Both the position numbers and the translations under genes were made by a program. Positions 13,811-27,012 of a stretch of DNA of 64,000 nucleotides are shown here, piece by piece. Within the stretch, counting starts at the first letter, position 1, and each line of letters begins with the position of its first letter. The notes beneath the pieces were generated by a model. It did no database searches and was not told the DNA's origin. It saw only the letters and a program-made list of their open reading frames with translations. The DNA comes from Camelus dromedarius (lineage: Eukaryota), in NCBI RefSeq assembly GCF_036321535.1, contig NC_087436.1, positions 84,570,001-84,634,000 of the forward strand, in the 5' to 3' direction.

Positions 13811-14038
13811 ATATAATCTTTTGGTCTTCTTTCTCATATTTCTTACAGCTGAATTTCCCCAACTCGTTTCCCCATTTTGCCCCCTTGCAGTGTAAGCCTC
13901 AATGCACCTGGTACTTTATGTTTTCACAGATGATGTTGAATCTCTGACCCAACACTTTGGAGGCTTCGCCAAGCACGACATCTTAGCACTGAGCTAAATC
14001 ATTGCTATCAAACTGCTGCTTCTTGTGCACCAGTGACC
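13811..14038 (-). pseudogene. HMGXB3-like pseudo-exon, best-conserved core segment
   Basis: ttccag|...T|gtgagt, 228 nt. GSLVHKKQQFDSNDLAQC*DVVLGEASKVLGQRFNIICENIKYQVH*GLHCKGAKWGNELGKFSCKKYEKEDQKII. Homology may run on to a donor at 13758 (VKALRN~VLALKS). Confidence 0.7.
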
Positions 14039-14814
14039 CTGGAATCGCAGGCTTTTAAGCCAGGAGGTATCCGAGAGATCCCCTGTAATGATCCAATGCC
14101 CACTCTGTACAGTCAGCAAACAGAAAGGTGGATTTACTTGTCCAAGGTCATGTTAGTTAACTGGAAAACCTTGACCAGAGTCTGTTTTCCTAATATCCAG
14201 TTCTCTGTTATTTCTATCACAATCAACTCACCTTCATTTCTTCCATTTTATTTCCTTAATCTTAGATTTTATTTTCAAATTTCTGTTTCATAGCAATCTG
14301 TGATCGAGCCCACCAGAATCCTCAAATGAAGAAATTTCCTGATCCTAGGAACATCTTCTTGAATTATACCCAAACTCCCATTTGCAACAGGGAGCAGAAG
14401 TGGTGGGGAAGGAAAGAACTGGGGCTGGGGGAGACTCATGTTATTCAGCTTCAATTAGAAGAACTCACCTTCAGTTCACCTACCAGTTAGAAGGTTCTGA
14501 GGTGACCTGCTATTCTCAATTCTTTCACAACATCTTGCATCCAGTAAGTTGTACTGAGGGCAGTGAAGGTCAAATGGCAAGCTAGGCTCCACTGCCAACT
14601 ACTTGGCCAAATATCAGGAAAGATGGTAGATTTAATTGCTCTGCATTGTAGCCCAAAATAAATACGAGGAACAATATCATTATAAAATAAATAATTCTTA
14701 TGAGAGTCTTCCTATAATTATCCTATAATTATAAAATAATTATAATTATTTTTTGGGTAAAATTATTTATAGCTATTATAAGAAGAAAATTTCTGCATAT
14801 TCAAGTAGACATCT

Positions 14815-15234
14815 GTTGCGAGTTGAACGGTGCCCCCTCCAGACAAGATACGTTCGAGTCCTAACCCCTAGTACCTCAGAATGTGCCCTTATTTGGAGAA
14901 AGGGTCTTTACAGAAGTAATCAAGTTAAAATGAGGTCATTAGGATGGGCCCCAATCCAAATGACTGATGTCCTAATAAAAAGGGGAAACCTGGACAGAGA
15001 CACCCATAGAGGGAAGATGGTGTGAAGACATGGAGAGAACATCACGTACAAGCCAAGGAACACCCGAAGCCACCAGGAGCTAGGAGAGAGGAATACACAG
15101 ATTTTCCTTCCCAGCGCTCGGAAGGAATCAACCCTGCCAGCACCTTGATCTTGGACTTCTAGCCTGCAGAACACAGAGAGCGGAACAACCAATTCCTGCT
15201 GTATAAGCCACTCGGCAGCCGAAGGAACTAACAC
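14815..15234 (+). mobile_element. MLT1 solo LTR
   Basis: gtcctaacccctagtacctcagaatgtg...ttggacttctagcct motifs. Confidence 0.85.
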
Positions 15235-15471
15235 AACATCTGATGACCGATGGGTGACCAGTGACCACCTGTCAATGCTGGCAGGAATCAGCTTCAGGTT
15301 GATAGAGTGACTCCCTCTAAATGTTAGCAAAGAAATACTGCAGAAAATAAATCCAAGAGTTTTCCCACTTTAGAATGTGTATTTTACATATTTATGCAAA
15401 GGCCACTATTAAGTGATGCTTCTCTGTAAATATGGCATTGCTACTTTTGCCAAGCCGGGAAACAGAAAGTG

Positions 15472-15472
15472 G

Positions 15473-15532
<60 letters not shown>
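15472..15532 (+). repeat. Compound (CT)n(CA)n microsatellite
   Basis: Seen directly. Confidence 0.95.
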
Positions 15533-15539
<7 letters not shown>

Positions 15540-16362
15540 ATTCCTGTATTTGGCCCTGAATAGATTGAAAGTTCCCACAGTTGCTGGGATGATGATTCCA
15601 ACGATTCCTGTCAGTTTAGTAGATGAGATTGGAGCAGCTGCATCTTCAATACACACCATTGTCTTAAAAAAAATGCTTAGAGTGAATTACAATTAAATTA
15701 CAGAGCTGTCAAAAAGGGTTATAATTATAGCATTTATTCACCACGTTTACAAGGCCAGACATACACAAAAGGAACTGAAAGCTAAAGAAAAAAAAAACAA
15801 AAAACAAAAAACCCACTCCATATTCCTTACCTCAGCAGGAAATCTGGTTGAGGGGAGGGGGAAAATGAGTGAGTTATCATGCAAAGAGCCCACTTCCTGC
15901 AACAACGATGCTTCCTGCTTCCAGAGGGTCTTCCATTCTGGAAGTCAGAGGCACTTGAAGACATCTGGTGGCAACTCATCTATCTTTTACAATTGGAAAA
16001 AGGAGGGCAGCAAGGTTGCCATGACTCACCCACAGTTACAGACATGCAAGGGAGGGACTAGGACCCGAACCAAGAGCAAAGTGACTCCTGCCAGTGGGCT
16101 GCCCGAGGAAAGCAAAACCAGGACAGCCAGATCTGGCCCCTTGTTTTGCTCTCATCGAGAAAAGGATATGAATTTATCCAGCAGTTATTTATCATGCAGC
16201 TTTTGGAGAACCTTGAAAACTGTCCTCCAACTCTCCTGCCAAAACAACACACGGTAAAAGAGAGGAAGAAAATCTTCTGCTGCCATTTATGCTAGTCAAT
16301 TCTGCTACCAATCAATAATGCATTCGGAGCCCCAGGAAGAATGGTACAATTCATTTAATCAC

Positions 16363-16423
16363 CTTCAACCTCAGCATCCGAAAGACAAATCGAGGTAGTA
16401 ACACTCATGCAGTGAGCAAACTC
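16363..16423 (-). pseudogene. HMGXB3-like pseudo-exon (61 nt, phase 0-1)
   Basis: tttcttttgtattcaag|...GAAG|gtgatt. An alternative frame, VCSLHECYYLDLSF, resembles MCLNPHCLALHSF. Confidence 0.5.
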
Positions 16424-17295
16424 CTTGAATACAAAAGAAAAACAAACTGCAAACTAGAACACCATTCATGGTTTCAATCCAGCAACCAACAAATATCTAT
16501 TGCACTTTCTCTGTTGTTTAAGATGTGTGCTAGAGACACTGGGGACACAGGGAGATGTCCCAAGTAGACCCGTTTCTTAAGAGCTCACAGTCTGGTTGAT
16601 GAGACAAAACACATACAAAGATAAAGCAAAACAAGGAAGTACACACACAGTATTTGAAACCACCAAGTCAGTCATACAAACAAGTTCCGAGCAAGAAGAA
16701 AATTAACTGATTCTTACTAGTCTGTTTCTCACCCTTTCTTCCCTGAATGTGATCACACAGTGGTGGCTTTCTTAGCACCTTCAGGTTTACCTGAGTGTTC
16801 TAAAACTTGATTTTAATTGGTCATTCAATTGAACCTACCTTTCCACTAGTCAGTGATATTTACATTATATATAAAGCCCCAATTCCATTGCTCAATTTAA
16901 ACCCTTGCTTGGTGGCTACGGAATGAATCATTGGGGAAAAAAGGAAACACCTCTAACGTGCTACCAACAACAAAAATCTATGACTTTATAAGAGCTGTTC
17001 TCTGAATTAAGACTAATATAGCAAATACATAACATTATTCTCCTATCTGGGCCCAGGGCAGGTATCACTTATTGATCATGTAATCATTTTCCGGATCAGT
17101 GCAAATATAGTCCTACAATCCTGCTTACCATGCCACAGGCAGCCACTGGCATGCGATCAACATCGACTGGTGACATGGAAGCCATTTGCAATTAATGTCA
17201 GATTTTGTGCCTATCTTCTTAATAAGCTAATTATGTCATGTAACATTTGGTGCTCTGGGTTCAAAATGTGATGAGCAGAATGATCTCAGAGGTAC

Positions 17296-17715
17296 CTGTG
17301 ACAAAGACTGACAGCTGTCCTCCAGTGTGCACTCTCCCTTTCTTCAATGGCGTTAAACTCCAAGATTTTCAGCTAGGTACCTGGCCACCCACTACAGAGT
17401 TTATGGCTAAGGTCTGGCTAATGGGATATAGGCAACTTCCAGGACTGTGCTTAAAGGGAAGGCATACGCTGTTTTTCTTTCCCTTCCTCCGTCCTGGTGC
17501 CGAGAACATGGACATGGTAGCAGGCCATCTAGGGCCACACTGGTGAGGAACACACACTAAGGATGGCCAAGTAACAAGGGAGAAGGAACTTAGGTCCCAG
17601 ATGTCCTTATGGAGCAGAGCCACCATATTGTCCTTGAGCTGTTACAAGAAGATAAATTTCCAACATATCACTGTTGGGGTCCTGCTCTTCATGGTCAGGC
17701 TTATATTCTAACTAG
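17296..17715 (+). mobile_element. Old MLT1-type LTR
   Basis: MaLR-like motifs (gcaggccatct, aaggaacttaggtccc). Confidence 0.55.
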
Positions 17716-18279
17716 TAAAATGAGCACATATTAATTCACAGTAACCTAGGGGTCCAATTCTGTTATCAGTAACAAAGCAATATGGAAGAGTAAAAGAAAG
17801 TTTTACTTTCAGATAAAAATCAAAGAAAATATTCTTCTAGTCTGCCTTAAATATTTTTAATGAAGGGAATCTCATATTCCTATAAATTCTGTATTTATCT
17901 AGAGAAATGGTGAGTAGGAACACATGCACACATAGTTTATATCTCTGTTTACAAATCTGTTCATATAGAATATCTCTAAGTTCACAGGTACAATACTAAG
18001 CGATGGGAGTACCTAAATCTGATTCAAAACCACAGACCCTGAATTACAACCATCAGAAATAGCAAACAACTCTGGAACAAACCCGAGGCTCTAAGCAAGT
18101 AAATGAGGGGAAGTATTTTTTTCTATAATGAGTACTGGACTTTTAGTTTCCAAGCCTCTCCCCAACACACACACACATACATTTAAACAAATTATAAAAG
18201 AATTTAGAAAAGTGGATAGGGGCTCAGTCTCTTTTAGATGATTTCATCATTTAAAGTACATCCCCAGTCCCTGTCCCAC

Positions 18280-18374
18280 CTCAATCCATTCCTCGGCAAT
18301 AATGCAGTCTCTGCAATCTGAACACCAGGCTAGATGGTCCGGGAGCAACTCAGCACGGCTCTTCTGGGACTCAA
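18280..18374 (-). pseudogene. HMGXB3-like pseudo-exon (95 nt, phase 1-0)
   Basis: ttgtag|...GAG|gtggga. ESQKSRAELLPDHLAWCSDCRDCIIAEEWIE (~YESPSTQCLLCSSPL...). Confidence 0.55.
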
Positions 18375-18886
18375 CTACAATTGCATGGGAGGAACATATG
18401 CAGGGTTTTAAAAGCCAGTATGAACAGATTCCACCTTCCATAACTCTTTCTGAGTGCACACGTTATTTATTTTTGATGGGTGTGGGAAAGGAAGGGAATC
18501 TGATGTTCTTTTAATTTTTAATGTCAGAACCGAGTTTAAAAAACCCTTCTCAAGAACCTGGCTTCACCTGTTCTTTTCTTCCCTCAGTTCTCACCTTTCC
18601 CCGGCTTACTCTCAGGCAAAGCTAGACAGGAATTAGAAAATACTATAAAGATTATAATAGTTCATTTCTCTCTTTTATATTTCATTCATTTCTTTTCTTT
18701 GTTTAAACATATATCATTCTAAGAGGGAGACCAAAACTCCTGCCAACTTAGAACAGAAAGATGGATGAAGAGACTAGTGGATCTGATTGCCTGCCACTGA
18801 GGAAACTAGCGAAGCTAGGTAGATGGATCCCAATAATAGAAGGTTTTTAATCATAAGAAAAGGAATTTTAAAAATAAGTGAGCAAA

Positions 18887-19024
18887 GGGAAGAGGGTATC
18901 GCTCAATTGTAGAGCGCATGCTTGGCATGCACAAGGTTCTGGGTTCAGTCCCCAGTACCTCCATTAAAATAAATAGGTAAATAAATAAACCTAATTACCC
19001 CCAAACAACAACAACAACAACAAC
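18887..19024 (+). mobile_element. Vic-1-like SINE with (AAC)n tail
   Basis: TSD aaataagtgagcaaa at 18872-18886 and 19025-19039. Confidence 0.92.
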
Positions 19025-19078
19025 AAATAAGTGAGCAAAAACCAACCAACAGAAAGGACAAAGAGTTACAGCCTAGAG

Positions 19079-20022
19079 TGTAAACCCAAAAAGCCTAGGG
19101 ACTCAGGGACTCCAAATCAAGGGATTTGGATGGTCATGCGGGAACAGTAAGGAGAAAGGACAGTCTAGCCTATTGATCTTGTCACTCTGTGACAAGCGAG
19201 CAGCCAGGTTGTTCCCTGGGCAAGGCAACTGTGTAGGATTATGCAGGCTGTTCCTTGCACGAGGATGCCCAGCCAAGGATGCTAGAGGAGAATGAAATCC
19301 AGCTTGCCTGCCACTCACCCAGGGCCCAGCTAGGTGCCCCAGCACAAGGCTGTGTCTGCAGGAAGAAAGGGCAGTCTTCTTTGAATATGCACAAGGTGTC
19401 AATCAAGAGCTCACGGGGCTGCATCTGCCCAGAAAGGACAACACAGGACAGCAGAAAATGCCGCCCCAGGATATGCCACCCCAAAATATGCCACTTAAGC
19501 ATAAGGTAACTGAGAAGCAGATACAAGAAAAGCCCTCTTCTCTCCCTCTATTTGCCCAAAAGCAGGACATAAATTTACAAAAATGTTCTTCCACCTACAT
19601 CTTCTAGCAGAAAGGACAAAACTTAACCACCAGAGACAACTTTAGACTCATGTTGGCCCAGCGATGGCACCAGAGGTACCTACATAACAAACCTTACTAA
19701 CTAGCTCTTATTTCTTATCCACTAGTTCCTCATACATTTGCCTTTCTAACAATTTGTTGCACCACAAACTCAAAGTCCTTTTCCTTTGTCTTGTCACTTC
19801 TCTAAAAATGTACTGTTCCTTGACTAAGATGGTTTTTAAGCCCAAGTTCTACCAGCCCTCAGAATGACTCATCTCTGGGTACGCCCTTGGCTGAGTGTTT
19901 TGTACATGTTAATAAATGTTTGCTTGTTTCTCCCCTGATAATCTGTCTGTTAGTGTAATTTACAGGGCCCAGGTGGAGTGCCAAGGAGGGCAGGAGGAAA
20001 AGGATGTCTTCCCTGCCCTACA
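19079..20022 (+). mobile_element. ERV1-like LTR
   Basis: TG...CA ends, AATAAA near 19911, and a tgccacc..aaaa..tgcca motif shared with the LTR at 31006. Confidence 0.6.
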
Positions 20023-20612
20023 ATATCGGTCCTCCTCAAAGAGCAGTTCTGTCCTAAGGATCAGAAGGCTGGCAACCACATACAGACGTTAAGTACTAGA
20101 TGAACTCAAAAAAGGAAAGGAGGAACTGGGATACGATCTATGTGCCTCTCTCAGTAACAGGACACCTCTGGTCAGGAGGCGAGGGTGAGGTGAGGAGAGC
20201 CAGTTTCGTGGACATGCAACCTGCAGTTCCAAAGGCCCCCACCTGTTGTAATGCTTTGCTTGCACTGTCTTAAAATTCTTAACTTTTAGACAAGGGGCCC
20301 ACGTTTTTGTTCTTCACTGGACCCTGCAAATTATGTGCCATCCTTACAGTCAAGATGGCACAGTAAAGCGCTGAGGGGTTAGAAATTACTCAATGCTCTA
20401 GCCTCTGGGAGCACAGCTCAGTATGCAATTCTGAACTTGGGGGTGAAGGGGGTAAGGGACCTCAAGAAGCTACTGACCAGACCTGCTTGTGATGTATGGA
20501 CAGATCATGAGGGAGGAATCGGGGCCCATCACGCAAAGGGGAAACTTAAGTAACACTGCCAGGGGTGAGCAGCTTAGGGTGGTGAACTCTGTAACCCAAA
20601 CTCTCCTCCTAC

Positions 20613-20825
20613 AAGTATGAGTGTATTCGTGAGGATTCGAGTCCCTCAGAGAATTACACTCTGGGTACCAAATGACACAAGTACTCAGGTCACTGATGGT
20701 CCTTTCCACTCTCGCCAGCTCCTCCAAGATTGCTGGTTGGCTGCCAGCACTAACAGCAGGAGGGGAGAAACAAGGGGAAATTTCTTTACTGGCTGGTTTG
20801 ATCACAGACACTTCTACGTCCTTCT
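20613..20825 (-). pseudogene. HMGXB3-like pseudo-exon (213 nt, phase 1-1, fully open)
   Basis: tttcacactgttag|...T|gtagga. EKDVEVSVIKPASKEI...EELARVERTISDL...HEYTHT lies within ORF-track 20470..20892. Confidence 0.6.
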
Positions 20826-23062
20826 CTAACAGTGTGAAAATGTAGGATTTGACTGTCTGTCCTCCTACCCACCTTCTTTTACTGTTCAGCATTTTTGTCC
20901 TTCTCTTTTAATTCGGATTACAACATGCAGTCTTACCAAAGCCAGTTTTCTGTAGGAAGCATTCAGGAAACTTCATTGTGATTGTATGAATCCCCCCTCA
21001 AATTCAGCCACTGGACAAGTGATTAGGGTGAAGCATGCTCTCATTGTGAAAAATAAAAATCTTTTTCAAATTTCAAATTGATAGCACAGATGAGGTTTTA
21101 AGATTTAGCCTACTATCATCTCTAGGTGACAGAATTATAGGTAATTTTTATTATCTTCTTCGTATTCTTATTTTTTTTCAAAGTGTTTTATAATGATTAG
21201 ATTTTACTTTTATGATTAGAAAAAAATAAAAATTATTTTAAAGACTTAACCTGGGTAAAAACTATTTCCATCTACTTTAGAAGTATCTTTTCCCATATAC
21301 ACTGCTGATATACCAATTAGAAATCAATTTTAGCTATTTATTAAAGCCTGTTCCTTAAGGAGTTCCACCTGGCAATACTTCCAGCCTGGCTCAAACTGCT
21401 GCACCCTTTCATCTGTGACAGCCTTATGAATGTCACTTAATTTTCCAAATTTGGGGTTTGAAAAACACAAGGAAAAAGAAAGTAAAAATCACTCATAATC
21501 CAATCAATTGAAAAAATCATGTAAAATAAAAGGCAAAATATCCTCCAACCCTAGTTTTCCTACACATAAACAGACTACTTACAAATACACTTTTTTAAAA
21601 AATAAAAGGGTGTATATAATATTTCCACTTTTTCACATGCACATCTGCACTGAGCAGTACATATATATGTACCTACCTTGTCCTTTTTATTGGCTGTCTG
21701 AACCATAATTTATTTAGCCAATTTTCCTTCTGCTGAGCAACAGATTGTTTCCAATTTCTTGTTACTGCAAGTATGGCTTCAATGAACATCTCTGTACATA
21801 TATTTTTATGTATAATGATATTACTTCTGCAAAATTCTTAAGAGTGCTATTCTTCAATCAAAGATGGTAGACATTTTAAATCTTAATAAAAGCTATCAAA
21901 CTAGCCTCTTAAAAGGTTGAATGATTACACTCACAGCATGTAAGTACCTCATTTCCCATGTCCTTTATTGTGCTTAACATTATCCATTTTTTTCAATTGT
22001 TCTTAATCTGATTCCAGAAAAAGTGTTTCAGTCACATCCCCAGAGGATCTTTTCATATTTTTTTTGTCATTTTTGTAACGTCTGTAAATGTGTTCAGATC
22101 CACTGTCCATGTTTCCACTGACTGTCTTTCTCTTATCATTCACACTTACATGTTTATTGTCCAGTCCCCTATCAATGCTAGTTGACATCACTCCTTCCCA
22201 ATGCCCAGCACCATATCTGACGTTAGTCTGACGGGACCCCACCATCTAAGGACATTCCAGCTTTATTAAATTAGTTAAGCTTTTAAGGATTTCACACTGA
22301 AGCACAAAGGAATAAAAGATATCTTTCCACAACTAATGATCAAAAGTCTAAAGCTTTAACAGTGCTCTGGATGCTCAAATACTAAGCGAAATGGCTTAAA
22401 AGAGAGCATCACACCACAGCATACACAGCCATGAAGTTTTTCTTCACTTGAATAATTTCATGTGTACACACAGCAGTAAGAGTCACGGCACACTTCATCA
22501 CGCTGGGAGCAGTTTAAAGAGACAAAGCCATCTACTCTCAAAAGAAAAAAATTTAAATAATGACACAGAACACTCTCATCATTCTTTGTAAAATGTATCT
22601 CAATGTTAAAAAAAATCTAAAATAAAATGCACCAAAAAAGACAAGCATTTAGTTAGGGCTTGTCAAACTGGTGAATTTGAAGGATATTTTTTTCTCCTTT
22701 CAATTATCTAAATGGTATTTTTAATTCCATCATTTAAAAGTAAATTTTCATTCTGAACTTAGAGTGGTGACAGTTGCACAACTCCATGAAGATAGTAAGA
22801 AACACAGAATTGTACACTTCAAAAAGGTAAAATTTATGATATGTATATAATATCTCAATAAAGTTTTTTGTGTAAATAGAATTTTTAAGTTAAGATACTG
22901 CACTGACTTATTTTGCTCTGAACCTAAAACTAATCTAAAAAATAAAGTGTACTAAAAAACAAGCAAACAAACCAACCTAAAGAGTATTCTCTGTAAAGTT
23001 TCCACTAATTTTATGTTGAAAATTCTGGAAGGCAGTAGGATACATAAAAGCTATAGCATCAC

Positions 23063-23200
23063 AAGCCTCTTTGCAACCCCTTGTTCTTGGCAATGATTTG
23101 TGATGAGCAGGTGGAAGTCGCTTCTTGCAGAATCAGTGAAATGGGTGTCAGCACATTCAAAACTTCTGGGTGACTGTTATCCTTGGGCAACTTACAGACC
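23063..23200 (-). pseudogene. Probable HMGXB3-like pseudo-exon
   Basis: Acceptor ctcctcag|, weak donor. TCSSQIIAKNK resembles HMGXB3 ICPSCGVNLAKDR; frame ambiguous. Confidence 0.4.
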
Positions 23201-23977
23201 CTGAGGAGAGTGACCCATGCGCCCACTACACTTACTAGAAATAACGGTATTAATACCGGGAGGGAGAGAGCCACCCCTCTTCTTTCTATTCTGGCGCAGC
23301 TCCTGGGGTTCCAGCTGGTGATTAATGAAAATGTACTGCATAGAACTATTTCACAGGAGAAAATTGAGTTCTAGGTTAATTAAAAAGCAACAGAGAATAA
23401 ATTAATTTCATTTATCACTAGCATAATGTAATGAATGAGAGTATTCGGGGGACTGGCTATTCCTTCAGAACTTTCTATATGAATGCTAAGCCAGAAAGAA
23501 AGGAAGAACCTGCAACAAAGGGCGCGTCTAGGAGGCTAAACGAGAAGCCAGCAATCATCAAGGGACAAGTGAAACTGTTTTAATGAATCCAATAAAAATA
23601 GGCTTCTGCATGTTTTCAAGTTTCTACTCTTTGAAAGGAAATGATAAAAATAAAATCCATTTGTTGTCCCAAATCATGAATGGGAATAAAAGAATATTTC
23701 TGTGTTAGGGTGGTCTGGTCTATGGGAAGGTCCACTACCCCCAACTTGGGAGTCAGAAATTTAAATCAACTTTCGGTGATGTGAAATCTGTCCTTGGAAG
23801 TTCAGGGAAGAGAACACTTCTTTCTGGAAGGAAACTTGAGAAGTTCTTAGAGAGTGGGGCATAAATCACACCAATATTGGTTAGACTTCAAACTAAGGGC
23901 ATAAAGAAATGTTAGGTTCTCTCAAACCAGGCCTGTCCCCCATATCTAAATTAACACACCACCCAAAGCATGAAAAA

Positions 23978-24120
23978 GGGGAGGAGGGTATAGTTCAGTG
24001 GTAGAGCATATGTCTGGCATGCACAAGGTCATGGGTTTGATCCCCAGTACCTCTGTTAAATAAAAAATAATAAAACAAACAAACAAACCTAATTACCCAT
24101 CCTCAAAAAAAAAAAAAAAA
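23978..24120 (+). mobile_element. Vic-1-like SINE
   Basis: tRNA head, poly(A), flanking repeat aaagcatg. Confidence 0.9.
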
Positions 24121-24315
24121 GCATGTAACAAATTTAAACATTATTTGCCACAGAATTTTGACATTTCCTCTACTTTCGGTTTGCCACCTTGACAGTATGT
24201 TTTTGGACTCTATCTCATTCCGGTGGCTGTTTTTTCAGATTATCTTCCCATGACAGGAGTATGTGGGGCTGGGGACACCTTTCTTTAGGCTCTGTCTTGC
24301 CTATTATTCTTCAGG
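24121..24315 (-). pseudogene. HMGXB3-like pseudo-exon, 3' end abutting a SINE
   Basis: cccccacag| phase 0. ...KKGVPSPTYSCHGKII (~KPDMFPPYKYSCTVTL), then ESRG-(frameshift)-KCQNS (~GRGKCKNPS). Confidence 0.55.
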
Positions 24316-24501
24316 CTGTGGGGGCTGACCTGCCTAAAATGCCCCTCCACTCTGAGAAGCTGAGAAGGAGCCCACCCACCAAAACACAAACAAAACCCTG
24401 AAGCTGGTAAAATACAAGGGATTCCACTTGGTGAATGGAAAACATAGGAAAATTCTGACTGAACCTAAGTGATCTGTGTGGCTGCTTAGGTTTTACTAAA
24501 T

Positions 24502-24614
24502 TTATTTTTTTGTTCTTATTTACTTATTTTTTAATGCAGGCACTGGGGATTGAACCCAGGACCTCGTGCATGCTAAACATGTGCTCTAGCACTGAACTAT
24601 ACCCACCTCACCCA
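24502..24614 (-). mobile_element. Vic-1-like SINE
   Basis: Antisense head; TSD gttttactaaat. Confidence 0.9.
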
Positions 24615-25037
24615 GTTTTACTAAATCTGAATCACCAATCACCAGCATTAAAAACTAGTACCCTAAGGCGACACTTTGGTCTCATTTTAAAGTATATTAT
24701 TTTCTCTATGCTATTAATTTTCCCCTTCAACTTTGAGGGCACCAATTTTCTATTCTGCTTTTTTTTTTTTTAAGTCAGCATGGGAAAGGAACAAATTTTC
24801 TTTTCCTGTCCTATGGACACTATAGCCATAGCTCTAAGAAAAAATGATTCTTGTGAAGAAGTAACAGAGAACCCAGTGCCTGGACACAGTAGGTAATATA
24901 AAACTTCCATATGTATAGAACAAGAGCTCTGTTTATGAAGGTTTTATGTATCTACTTCTTAACAGATATTAAGCAGTTCAGCAAATACCTTCTTTTTTTT
25001 CCCCCTTCCTATTTCTGTATTAAATACTACCCCTTAC

Positions 25038-25243
25038 CCCATCCAAGGAATAGATAGATAGAAATATCTTGCTGTATTACAGGAGAGTAGTAATGAGGTC
25101 ATTATGGGTCTGTTTCTTTCCCAATTAAAGGCTAGAGCCAACTTTTAAATGTCAAAGATCCATGATAACACAAATTCCCTCAAGAGAAATTGCCTTCTCC
25201 TGTCGTCCTCTTCTTCTTTTTATTTTGAGTAGAGAAAGGTTTA
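25038..25243 (-). pseudogene. Probable HMGXB3-like pseudo-exon (phase 1-0)
   Basis: ttggtcctgtag|...GGG|gtaagg. VNLSLLKIKRRRGRQEK weakly resembles HMGXB3 ELKGRARGK. Internal stops. Confidence 0.45.
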
Positions 25244-25282
25244 CTACAGGACCAAACAAGGAGAATGGGTGGCTTGTGCTCA

Positions 25283-25325
<43 letters not shown>
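25283..25325 (+). repeat. (AAC)n microsatellite
   Basis: Seen directly; it produces the poly-T and poly-V ORF-track artefacts. Confidence 0.95.
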
Positions 25326-25326
<1 letters not shown>

Positions 25327-26928
25327 GCCAAACCTGAACTCCTACTGAGGTACTGAGGTTCATGGTCAATGAGCTGCACAATTTCTCATATCTCAAAGAT
25401 ATGACAGTTTAAAATAGACGGCAGGTGTACTGCCATTATACATATGGCAGTATATATACATTTTGTTTTCTAATCCAAACATGGAATCTGGTTTATCTGG
25501 GGTTGAGATAAGAGAAACTTGAGAAAACCAACAGTTTTATACCCAAATAACAACAAATAATTGTAGGTCAATCGCACAGCAAAGTGCAATTGGGATTGCT
25601 AATGAGGAAAGATAAGAAATCATGTTGTCAAGGGAGTCATTTATTTAAGAAAAATAAAACACATTTCCTAAAAAAATTTTACCCTCCACAATAAGGAAAT
25701 AGGGAGGTCCAGTAGACTTTGTAACCTCCCTAGAAATGTAGTAAAAGCTTCACAGTATGAGTCACAGAAAGCTATTCCCAGGACAGGCTTTCACAAACAC
25801 CCTGTAATGTCACATTGGCCCAAGGGTGTGTGTGTCGGTGAGGTGGGGACAAAGAGGGAGGAAGAGAAGTCTAGTGCAGGCACAACGCAGAATGTTTTCC
25901 AAGGCTCACTTACCCTAATTTAGATTTCTACTGTCTCAAAGAAAAAAGCGTATAAAACCCAAATAAGCTATTTCTGACCTATCTTTTTTTAAAGGGAGAG
26001 AAATTCTGCTCTGGATAAAACAGAAACATATAACACCCAGGAAATTAACCAGCCAGAATGAACTAGCATACACGTATCCTTTTTGATCTCTGCCAAGAGA
26101 GGTGGGGTCAATCTAATCGTTGCTAATTTCCATGTAATCCATTTGAAGGAATTTTGAGGGAGAAAAAAAAAAAAAGAAATTGAAATGGGAGTTAAAAATC
26201 AGAATGTTCTGATTATTAGTAATAAAAATAGACGTATTTTAGGCTTCATCCATGTGATATAATTCTTATTTCTATGGTATTATTGAAGGAAGAAGTTAAC
26301 TAAATGTTATCCCTATCAGTATCAAAATTTTTTAAAATGAAAGCATTTTGAACAGAAATTTTTCTGTAATGGATTACACACTGAATAGAATATAAACTGT
26401 TCTTGATGTCTCAGGGGTATTCCTATTACACTGAGATGCAATAAAATGATACTGTGAAGAGAACCTAAAGTAGACAGGATGGTCTGTCCCTATCAATGGT
26501 CCTCCTACCTTCAAACATTTTTTTGTGCTTATTTTAAAATAAGTACTCTGCCTCCTTCTCTCACATGTTTAATTGTCATTTCTTATTAGGTTGGTGAGTT
26601 TCACTCTCATAATTTCCTCTCCTTTCTAATGTATTGCTTCTTGTGCTTGTGAGATAGGAAATTCGATAATCAAGCATGACAGAATTGTATGTAAAGAGAG
26701 GATCACTGGGTGCCTATGGAAAACCAAGAAGCTCCCGTAGGAGTTTAGGGGATGAAAGGCATCTGTTTTAGCTGCCTTTGCTTTGCTTACATATGGGTGC
26801 TTCATTGGGTCCCAGACAGTCGAGGTTACTGTACAGGTTAATTGTGGTTAAATCCACTAACAACAACAGGGAAAAGATGGCTTCTGTCTCTTTAATTTGC
26901 AACTCAGAGTAGCCACTTTGTACCATAC

Positions 26929-27012
26929 CTGAAACGTCAGCACTCAGAGACTCATTATGGACATTCTGTGTAAGTTTAATTTCCTCCATGGCCATGGTTT
27001 TGTTAAATGTTA
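26929..27012 (-). pseudogene. HMGXB3-like pseudo-exon (84 nt, phase 1-1)
   Basis: tgtatttcag|...CAG|gtatgg. Open frame LTFNKTMAMEEIKLTQNVHNESLSADVS. Confidence 0.55.

Noticed and set aside
14920..15330. 136-aa minus-strand ORF
   Set aside because: Lies mostly within an MLT1 LTR.
22149..22245. Exon-like segment with ag|ATG...|gtaagt on the minus strand
   Set aside because: It overlaps L2-like and L1-like sequence and shows no HMGXB3 similarity.
25429..25452. Short hairpin actgccat-N8-atggcagt
   Set aside because: The stem is too short to distinguish from chance and is not miRNA-like.
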